Of a DNA stretch of 14,661 bases, positions 1-6,906 are shown in pieces. Within the stretch, counting starts at the first letter, position 1; the number at the start of each line of letters is the position of its first letter. The stretch is from an uncultured archaeon (GTDB lineage: Archaea; Asgardarchaeota; Lokiarchaeia; Sigyniarchaeales; SOKP01), in the NCBI GenBank assembly GCA_964508365.1, contig CAZDTP010000077.1:1-14661 (forward strand), given 5' to 3'. Both the position numbers and the translations under genes were made by a program. The notes beneath the pieces are model-generated. The model saw only the letters and a program-made list of their open reading frames with translations, was not told the origin of the DNA and did not search any database.

Positions 1-500
1 CACATAATTTATGGGGGTTAGTTCCTGGCTTTACAGCCTTAGACGCAGAATGTCACACGCCAATTACCGCATATCCAGGGATTTTAAAAGATGTAGAACT
101 TTGGGATTTAGAGCACTCTAATGAAATGGAAAAAATTCTAGAAATTTCAGGAATGAGACCAATTTCTGGAGCAGGCCCAATTATATTAATTGGAGATCAT
201 AACGTTGAGTTAACAACCGGATTTACAAGCTTCGAAAGCTATATTGATGGAAAAAATTATGAAATTATCGAAAAATTAAACATCAAACTCTGGAAAACGC
301 TACTCGAAAGAATAACTAAACACGGAGTAACATGGTACATGTTAGGAGATATTCTAAGTAGATTATTGGTTGAAATTGGAGCGTTTCAACCAGAATACTT
401 AGAATTCTTGAGTTCAATTAAAAAAACACTTGATCCTCGATTTATTTTAAGTAGAGGAAAGTTTAATTTTTGGGGGGAAAACGGAAAAAAAATAAATTAA
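1..500 (+). CDS. FAD-linked oxidoreductase (GlcD/D-lactate dehydrogenase-like), C-terminal part; 5'-truncated by the window edge
   Basis: The frame of ORF 126..500 is open back to base 3 (HNLWGLVPGFTALDAECHTPITAYPGILKDVELWDLEHSNEMEK). It aligns residue for residue with the C-terminus of 589..2106 (HNLWGIYPSMQPLTAECFSP...LDPKMILSRGKFNFWG), roughly 60% identical over the last ~107 aa by manual count. Confidence 0.88.
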   Translation, partial: HNLWGLVPGFTALDAECHTPITAYPGILKDVELWDLEHSNEMEKILEISGMRPISGAGPIILIGDHNVELTTGFTSFESYIDGKNYEIIEKLNIKLWKTLLERITKHGVTWYMLGDILSRLLVEIGAFQPEYLEFLSSIKKTLDPRFILSRGKFNFWGENGKKIN

Positions 501-572
501 TATTCTCTTATTTGATGAGAATACATTTAAGTAATTAGAAATTCTATTATGAATTAGTTTTATTAAAAATTG

Positions 573-578
573 AAGGAG
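573..578 (+). promoter_or_regulatory. Ribosome-binding site AAGGAG for the TTG start at 589
   Basis: AAGGAG lies 10 nt upstream of TTG 589. Confidence 0.6.
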
Positions 579-588
579 TTAGACAAAT

Positions 589-2106
589 TTGTCCGAAGTA
601 TATAAAAAATTAGAAAATATCGTTAAAGAGAAATACATTTCCAATAATCTTTACGTACGACATGCGTATTCAAGAAATGTAGATCTCGTTTTACAAGGTG
701 TACCTGATATAGTAATTAGACCAAAAGATGCTCAAGAAATCTCAGAGATTCTAAAAATTGCAAATGATGAAAACATACCTGTCATACCCCGTGGAGGGGG
801 AGATTGTGAATTTGGTGGTAGTAAACCTATTGGTGATGGCGGAGTCGTATTGGATACTAAGAGAATGAATAGGATTATTAATTTAGACCAAGATAATCTT
901 ATCGTTACAGTTGAAGCAGGAATATCGTGGGGAAAATTAAATGAATACTTGTGTCATTTTGGATTATATACCGGCTGTATGGGTCCTGGATCTGGCATGA
1001 CTGCAGCAATAGGAGGGGGGATTTCCCATCATTCTGTAGGAGGTGGAGGTTGTGCTAAATATGGTGCTTGTACAAACCAATTAGTCTCTTTAGAAGTTGT
1101 TTTACCAACGGGGGAAATTATAAATACGGGTTCTCAAGCTAATAAGTATTCTAAATATCCTTTTAATAGATTTGGCAATGGTCCAGACTTAGCAGGTCTC
1201 TTTTGTGGTGATAATGGAATTTTTGGAGTGAAAACAAAAGTCTCATTACAGGTATTTTCAAAGCCACCTTTTGCTGCTTACAAAACCTTCCAATTACCAA
1301 GAAAAGAACGAGAAGTTTCAGCTAAAATTTTAACTGAGATAAGACAAAAGGGAATTGATGTCTATGATGCAATGTATTTAATGGATCTAATAGTCAGACT
1401 TGGATGTGAACAGGGGATGTTTCCATTTTGGGAAAATTTAAAAAAGAAAAGAGGTGTCTTTTTTTATACAATAGAAGCGAATTCCGAAGGAGAATTAGAT
1501 GAGAAAGTTAAACAATTAGATGAAATTATGCTAAATAATAAAACAGAAGAATTAGGTCAAGAAATCTCTGACGGAAATATGGCTAAATGGCACTATACTG
1601 AACAAGGACACTGGCAATTTTATCATAATTTATGGGGAATCTATCCGTCAATGCAACCATTAACAGCTGAATGTTTTTCACCAATTAGTTTATATCCTAG
1701 TGTTTTAAATGATATAGATCAATGGGATATCGAAAATAGCGAAGAAATACAAAAAATAATCAATATTACGCAAGTAAGACCAATTGCTGGAAGCGGTCCT
1801 GTTGTTTTAATTGATGGAAATAATGTAGAAATAACTTGTGGCTTTACGAGCTATTGGAAGTATTTTGACGGCAAAAATCACGAAATTATTGAGGAAACTA
1901 ATTTAAAATTATGGAAATCTTTATTAGAAAGAGTAACCAAACATGGAATGCAATGGTACATGATGGGTGACTATATGTCGAGATTGATGGTCGACATGGG
2001 TGCATATTCCGAGCAATATTATAATTTAATGAAATCAATTAAGCAAACATTAGATCCAAAAATGATTTTAAGTAGAGGAAAATTTAATTTTTGGGGTAAA
2101 AGTTAA
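589..2106 (+). CDS. FAD-binding oxidoreductase, FAD_binding_4 plus FAD-oxidase_C (GlcD/LdhA-like), 505 aa
   Basis: N-terminal PDIVIRP...IPVIPRGGG, VVLDTKRMNRII, VTVEAGISW, SLEVVLPTGEI and LFCGDNGIFGVKTK motifs of the PCMH-type FAD domain; C-terminal IKQTLDPKMIL. TTG start with RBS. Confidence 0.92.
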   Translation: MSEVYKKLENIVKEKYISNNLYVRHAYSRNVDLVLQGVPDIVIRPKDAQEISEILKIANDENIPVIPRGGGDCEFGGSKPIGDGGVVLDTKRMNRIINLDQDNLIVTVEAGISWGKLNEYLCHFGLYTGCMGPGSGMTAAIGGGISHHSVGGGGCAKYGACTNQLVSLEVVLPTGEIINTGSQANKYSKYPFNRFGNGPDLAGLFCGDNGIFGVKTKVSLQVFSKPPFAAYKTFQLPRKEREVSAKILTEIRQKGIDVYDAMYLMDLIVRLGCEQGMFPFWENLKKKRGVFFYTIEANSEGELDEKVKQLDEIMLNNKTEELGQEISDGNMAKWHYTEQGHWQFYHNLWGIYPSMQPLTAECFSPISLYPSVLNDIDQWDIENSEEIQKIINITQVRPIAGSGPVVLIDGNNVEITCGFTSYWKYFDGKNHEIIEETNLKLWKSLLERVTKHGMQWYMMGDYMSRLMVDMGAYSEQYYNLMKSIKQTLDPKMILSRGKFNFWGKS

Positions 2107-2145
2107 AATTTAATTTAGTAATATACTAATTCTTATCCTTACTAC

Positions 2146-2152
2146 TTTTTTT
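2146..2152 (+). terminator. Oligo-T archaeal terminator-like tract after the FAD oxidoreductase
   Basis: T-run about 40 nt downstream of the TAA at 2104-2106. Confidence 0.4.
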
Positions 2153-2332
2153 CGATTTATAATTTCTAACACTCATTTTATATAAATAGTATCAATACAA
2201 TACTCTACATGCGGATATTAGAGCGACAATTGACCGGAAGTTACTTTTTTTCTTTTAAATAGATATAGTTTATATTTTTAATAAGAAAAACAGGCTAAAT
2301 TATTACTGAATTAAGGTTTAATGTGATCAAAT

Positions 2333-4135
2333 ATGAGTTTCGACCAACCCAAGTTAGAACCTAATAAATCAATTAAAAAAATGGATACAGAGAAATGCGA
2401 TAAGACCGAAATCGCTTCAAAACCAAACCAAAAACCGAACTACAAACCTAAAAACAAAATTGAACGACAAAAGATAGATTTCAAAGAAGAATCAAGAAAT
2501 AAAATTAAACGCGAAAAAATTAACCTGCACACTCCAGCCAAAAACAAAATCGAACGCCCAAAGATAGACATTCATGCACCGTCTAGAAATAAAATAGAAC
2601 CTCGTAAAATAGATCGCAATAAGGCACCTAAAAATGATCTTCAATCTCGATTAATTGACCCTAAATCTCCCCCCAGACATAAAATTGGAAGTCCAAACTT
2701 CATTCCAAATCTTGATAAAGTGAAAAAAGAAATTAAAAATATTGATTGGAAGAATATTTCAAACGACTGGAGCATAACTACGCGTTCTAATCAATACGCT
2801 GAATACAGGAAAATTCTTTTAGATCCTACAAAAAAAGTCTCAAAAGAAAATCCACTTTACAGACATAAAGAATGGTTAAACAACATCTACAATAATAAAA
2901 GATGGAAATTAAATGATAATGATATTGCTAAAATTTGTGGGGTTTATCCAACGGTGATTGGTAAATGGCGAAAAAAGCACCAAATTTCTACAAAATTGCA
3001 AGGAGAAGGAAAGTGGATAGATAACAGAAGTGGAAAAGTTTACGTTCGTGTACCTCGAGATAAAAATAACCCTAGATTAACAGATAACTCAAGAAGTAAG
3101 AGTGTGTATAAATTAGAACATATTCATAACATAGAAGTATATTTATCGCAACATCCTGAACTTGAAATTTCAAAAAAATTATTGGTTGATGGTAAATATT
3201 TGAAACCAGGAGCTGAAGTTCATCACATTAATCAAAATGGGAGGGATAATCGAATAAAGAATCTCTGGATTTATGAAAGCAAGAAAGAACATGCTAAGGG
3301 TGAATTAACCTTATATAATAGTCTGAAAACTCTTGTTAGCACCAATTATATCCGATTTAAAGATGGAAAATATTTTTTAAATCCTGAAATTGATTCACTT
3401 AAAGCTAGAACCTCAGAATTAGGTTTAGAAAGTAAAAACCGAATCAATTATAAAGATATAAATATAGTAAAGGAAGAAATTAAAAAGATTGATTGGAGTT
3501 TAATTTCAAACGACTGGTTGGTACAGGTTAAGAAGAATCAATTCTTACAAAAAGATGTCAAACTCGATCCTACTCGAGACCCTTCGAAGGAAAATCCACT
3601 CTACCAACATAAAGAGTGGTTAAAACACATAATTAACGATAACCGATTCAATCTGACAGATTCGCGATTAGCTAAACTGTGTGGTATTACTAGAGATACA
3701 GCACGATACTGGCGAGACAAAAAATATGACATTAAAGGGAAAACCGAATGGGGTGTTGAAATGAGAGTTGATGATAAAGATGGAAGAATTTGGATAAAGG
3801 TTCCTAAAGACTATGCTAATCCCGTAGTACAAAAAGAGGACCATCATCGTCGATTTATGCTAGAACACAGATACACCATAGAACAGCACCTTGCAAAGCA
3901 TCCAGAACTAGAAATTTCTAGAAAATGTTTGATTGAGGGGAAATATCTAAAAACTGAAGCTCATGTTCATCACATTAATTTGAATTATCAAGATAATCGA
4001 CTAGAAAATTTATGGGTGTTTGAAAATGATAGTAATCATAAAGAGGCAACAAAATCCCTTTACAACCTCGTGGAAAAATTATTAAAATCCAGAAAGATTA
4101 AGTTTAATGAAGGGAACTACCACATTGATATTTAG
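2333..4135 (+). CDS. Free-standing HNH endonuclease-like protein: N-terminal 15-aa repeats plus two tandem HTH+HNH modules (600 aa)
   Basis: Two HNH_3-type motifs, EVHHINQNGRDNRIKNLW (His at 3221) and HVHHINLNYQDNRLENLW (His at 3968), exactly 747 nt apart. Each is preceded by LEH(I/R) and an HTH-like segment (LNDNDIAKICGVYPTVIGKWRKK / LTDSRLAKLCGITRDTARYWRDK). Confidence 0.85.
   Translation: MSFDQPKLEPNKSIKKMDTEKCDKTEIASKPNQKPNYKPKNKIERQKIDFKEESRNKIKREKINLHTPAKNKIERPKIDIHAPSRNKIEPRKIDRNKAPKNDLQSRLIDPKSPPRHKIGSPNFIPNLDKVKKEIKNIDWKNISNDWSITTRSNQYAEYRKILLDPTKKVSKENPLYRHKEWLNNIYNNKRWKLNDNDIAKICGVYPTVIGKWRKKHQISTKLQGEGKWIDNRSGKVYVRVPRDKNNPRLTDNSRSKSVYKLEHIHNIEVYLSQHPELEISKKLLVDGKYLKPGAEVHHINQNGRDNRIKNLWIYESKKEHAKGELTLYNSLKTLVSTNYIRFKDGKYFLNPEIDSLKARTSELGLESKNRINYKDINIVKEEIKKIDWSLISNDWLVQVKKNQFLQKDVKLDPTRDPSKENPLYQHKEWLKHIINDNRFNLTDSRLAKLCGITRDTARYWRDKKYDIKGKTEWGVEMRVDDKDGRIWIKVPKDYANPVVQKEDHHRRFMLEHRYTIEQHLAKHPELEISRKCLIEGKYLKTEAHVHHINLNYQDNRLENLWVFENDSNHKEATKSLYNLVEKLLKSRKIKFNEGNYHIDI
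2450..2719 (+). repeat. Six degenerate in-frame 45-nt (15-aa) tandem repeats in the HNH gene
   Basis: Units start at 2450, 2495, 2540, 2585, 2630 and 2675: KNKIERQKIDFKEES / RNKIKREKINLHTPA / KNKIERPKIDIHAPS / RNKIEPRKIDRNKAP / KNDLQSRLIDPKSPP / RHKIGSPNFIPNLDK. Confidence 0.85.
2720..4132 (+). repeat. Internal duplication of a ~249-aa HTH-HNH module (copy 1 from 2720, copy 2 from 3467)
   Basis: VKKEIKNIDWKNISNDW...LLDPTKKVSKENPLYRHKEWL versus VKEEIKKIDWSLISNDW...KLDPTRDPSKENPLYQHKEWL, with a constant 747-nt offset. Confidence 0.9.
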
Positions 4136-4219
4136 TTTTTAATATCTATTTTTTGAATTACTTTTAAATAGGTTTCACACATAAATATTATTAAGATTTA
4201 ATTATTAACTTGTTTAAAA

Positions 4220-5486
4220 ATGAGTGAATTAAAGCATTTAAAGGAAGAATGGAAAGCAATCATGTCGTGTATAAGGTCCTAGATGTCCTAGATTAGACCT
4301 GCGCAGGGGTTGTGGTGATTGTGGGTACGCCATTCGACCAGCAGTTGATAGATATTTAACATGTCCAGTTAAGGAAGCTAAAGGAGAAGAAGGTTTTGAG
4401 ATATATTTTTCTCGAGGAAGGATGAACGTACTGAAAAGTATATTACTAGGACAAATTCCTCTCTCAAGGGAACTTGCTGAATTTGTCTACCAGTGCTCAG
4501 AATGTGGTAACTGTACAGAAGTATGCCATATGTCTCAGAACGAATATATTGTTCTTAACACATCTAAGTGGATAGACCACGTAAAAGTTTGGGAAGCGTT
4601 GCGACAAGATTTGATTGAAGCTGGTTTTGCTCCCCTTGATAAACATAGTAAACTAATAGATTATATGAATGACGATACCATGAGAAATCCTTACGGTGAA
4701 GAAGAAGCTAAGAAATTCGAGTGGATATCTGAATTTCCTGAAATCAAGAATAAAGGTGAATTAGTATTTTTTGGAGGATGCACAATGCCATTAAGACAAG
4801 TAGATACGCTAAAAAGCATGATGAAAATTTTAAAAGCCGCAGGAAAAGATATTGCAATGTCTACAGATGAGTGGTGTTGTGGTTCTGTAGCTATAAGAAT
4901 CGGAGATCAAAGTTCTCTTACTGATATTATTAAACATAACATAGAAATTTTTAAAAACATGGGAGCTAAAACGATATTTACAGCATGTGCGGGATGTTAT
5001 AGGACATGGAAAAAAGATTATCCAGAATTGTTAGGCGAAGAATTGCCGTTTGAAGTGAAACACATAACAGAAATAATAGTTGAAATGCTAAATAACAACG
5101 AGATACCGTTTAAAACCATTGAGGGTTCGGAAACAGTAACCTGGCACGATCCCTGTCATTTAGGGAGGCATATGAATCTTTACGAGATCCCTAGAGAAGC
5201 CTTACTTAAAATACCGGGATTAGAATTAATAGAAATGAAAAGAAATCGCAATAATGCTTGGTGCTGTGGAGCTGGCGGAGGCGTAAAAAGCGAGTTTCCA
5301 GATTTAGCTCTTGACATTTCAAAGGAAAGAATTAATGAGGCAATAGATACGGGAGCGCAAATATTAACTACGAGCTGTCCATTTTGTATCGGTAATTTTA
5401 ACGATGCATATAAAGAAATGGACGCTGAAGTTCGAGAAAAAATTCAAGTAATTGACATAATTGATTTAATAGCTGAAAAAATTTAA
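4220..5486 (+). CDS. (Fe-S)-binding protein, GlcF/HdrD-like (2x4Fe-4S ferredoxin domain plus 2 CCG domains); predicted spliced CDS join(4220..4272,4307..5486), 410 aa
   Basis: ORF 4422..5486 has CSECGNCTEVC, WCCG, TACAGC, WHDPCHLGR, WCCGAGGG and TSCPFC. Its frame continues upstream without a stop to 4275 (GCGDCGYAIRPAVDRYLTCPV). A different frame from ATG 4220 gives MSELKHLKEEWKAIMSC. Removing 34 nt joins the two into CMGCGDC...TCP. Confidence 0.85.
4273..4306 (+). other. Predicted 34-nt bulge-helix-bulge (tRNA-type) mRNA intron
   Basis: Central 4-bp helix GUGU 4267-4270 / GCGC 4301-4304. 3-nt bulges AUA 4271-4273 and AGG 4305-4307. Intron stem AGGUC 4274-4278 / GACCU 4296-4300. Exon stem GUC 4264-4266 / GGU 4308-4310, extended by GCAAUCAU 4256-4263 / GUGAUUGU 4315-4322. 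Cleavage after the 2nd nt of each bulge removes 34 nt and restores the frame. Confidence 0.8.
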
Positions 5487-5495
5487 TTTTTTTTT
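5487..5495 (+). terminator. T9 terminator-like tract immediately after the (Fe-S) gene stop
   Basis: Nine consecutive T directly after TAA 5484-5486. Confidence 0.55.
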
Positions 5496-5709
5496 ATACA
5501 CTTAAACTTTTTATTTTGTTTTCTAGTGCCAGTTAAGCGATAACAGATATTAAAATGTTTGCTTTTTATTATTCCAACTTTCTATTTGACATATTCTCCT
5601 TTATAGTTTTTCATAAATATTTAAATATTAAAGAACTAATTATTAAATTACTCCAAATTTAGCGAAAAACCTAATTAGATAATAAAACAATAGTTGAATA
5701 TAATATATT

Positions 5710-6621
5710 ATGAAAGAGGATCATTCTATCAAAACAATTAGAGATCCTAAAGAAACACATAAGGATAGACAGGTGGAATCTCTAATCTTTACTCCTGATG
5801 GAAAATACATTATCTGCACTCCAAAATATAACGCTATAGAGATATGGGAAACGGAATCTGGAAACCTTTTTAAGAAAATTCAAGTCAATAAAGCGCTTAA
5901 TGGTACTGTTAAATCTGTTCAAATAACTCCTGATGGTCAATATATAATTACAGGATCTAGAAATGGAGAACTAAAAGTTTTTGATTTTTTTTCTGAAGAA
6001 TTAGTGTGGAGTTTTAAGACATTAGGCAATTTAAATAGAGTAGCTTTATCGCTAGACGGACGTTATATTATTGGTGCCACTGGTGGCAGAAGAATAAATA
6101 TATTTGATTTTCCTAATAGAGAAAATATTCATAGATTTAAATCAGGTGGTAATGTTTTTGCAATCGCAATAACTCAAGATAACAAATACTTTTTTATTAG
6201 TGGTCTCACAAAAAAAATCGAAATGTGGGATTTATTAAATAAATCTGAAGTCAGAACAATGAAAACTAAAAAAATGGGAAGTATTTATTCACTTGCGGTT
6301 GCATCAAATCTAAACTATGTAGTCAGTGGGTCTAGTAACAATTTAATACGGGTATGGGACTTTTCATCTGGGAAGTTACTCAATACAATTGAAGGCCATA
6401 CTGGTTGGGTGAATAGTGTTATAATTTCCCCTGATGATAAGTACATTCTTAGTGGTTCATTGGATAAAACTATAAAGATATGGGAATTAGAAACCGGTCG
6501 GCTTGTTCATACATTGTTCGGACATATAGGAAGCGTACAATCATTAGCATTATCTCCTGATGGGAAATATATTGCTAGTGGTTCAAGTGATAGAACAATC
6601 AAGCTGTGGAATATGATATGA
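5710..6621 (+). CDS. WD40-repeat beta-propeller protein (about 7 blades), 303 aa
   Basis: Repeated GH...V.S..ISPDD/G.YI.SGS.D.TI(K/R)(I/L/V)W units, e.g. GHTGWVNSVIISPDDKYILSGSLDKTIKIWE and GHIGSVQSLALSPDGKYIASGSSDRTIKLWN. Confidence 0.95.
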   Translation: MKEDHSIKTIRDPKETHKDRQVESLIFTPDGKYIICTPKYNAIEIWETESGNLFKKIQVNKALNGTVKSVQITPDGQYIITGSRNGELKVFDFFSEELVWSFKTLGNLNRVALSLDGRYIIGATGGRRINIFDFPNRENIHRFKSGGNVFAIAITQDNKYFFISGLTKKIEMWDLLNKSEVRTMKTKKMGSIYSLAVASNLNYVVSGSSNNLIRVWDFSSGKLLNTIEGHTGWVNSVIISPDDKYILSGSLDKTIKIWELETGRLVHTLFGHIGSVQSLALSPDGKYIASGSSDRTIKLWNMI

Positions 6622-6649
6622 TCATCTTCAGTGTTAAAGATTCCTGAAT

Positions 6650-6671
6650 GGTAAATTCAGAGTCTGAATTC
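6650..6671. repeat. 22-nt intergenic palindromic element, copy 1
   Basis: GGTAAATTCAGAGTCTGAATTC with inverted repeat AATTCAG/CTGAATT; 20/22 identical to 12708-12729. Confidence 0.45.
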
Positions 6672-6906
6672 GGAGGAATTTTGGTAAAAGAATGAAAACT
6701 AGAATTTTGGAATTTAGACCTTTTTATATCCAAAGTTAAGTGTTCATTAACTTATTATAATTGGTATTGTCTAAACTTTTATTATTTCTAAAATGCTATT
6801 TATCATTAATATCTAATAAGTATTTCAGATAAAATATGTCTTTACCATTAAAACCGATTATGTATATATATTATAATTGGAGATGCTGGAGGTGTTGGAT
6901 GACATA

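Noticed and set aside
126-128. ATG 126 as the start of a 124-aa protein
   Set aside because: The frame is open to the window edge and matches the paralogue upstream of this Met.
2450-2719. CRISPR array or non-coding repeat
   Set aside because: The units are contiguous, degenerate, in-frame coding repeats without unique spacers.
2333-4135. HNH ORF as an IS transposase, Cas9/IscB or intein
   Set aside because: No DDE, RuvC, HUH or intein splice motifs were seen, and there is no adjacent repeat array or recognisable guide RNA.
4274-4282. Programmed +1 ribosomal frameshift instead of splicing
   Set aside because: No slippery site is evident, and the product would carry about 11 extra residues (PRCPRLDLRRG) inside CxxCxxC. 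BHB excision restores the motif exactly.
4276-4293. 9-nt tandem duplication GTCCTAGAT x2 as a simple slippage or assembly error explaining the break
   Set aside because: Removing 9 nt does not change the frame or remove all stops. The duplication lies wholly inside the predicted intron, where it would be tolerated.
4280-4318. Pyrrolysine or selenocysteine readthrough of the stops in the (Fe-S) gene 5' region
   Set aside because: Readthrough stays in the wrong frame (TAG 4280, TAG 4289, TGA 4316) and never reaches the conserved downstream frame.
4422-4424. ORF-track start of the (Fe-S) protein at ATG 4422
   Set aside because: The same frame extends upstream through GCGDC...TCP, half of a ferredoxin motif, so 4422 is an internal Met. 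The true start is most likely 4220.
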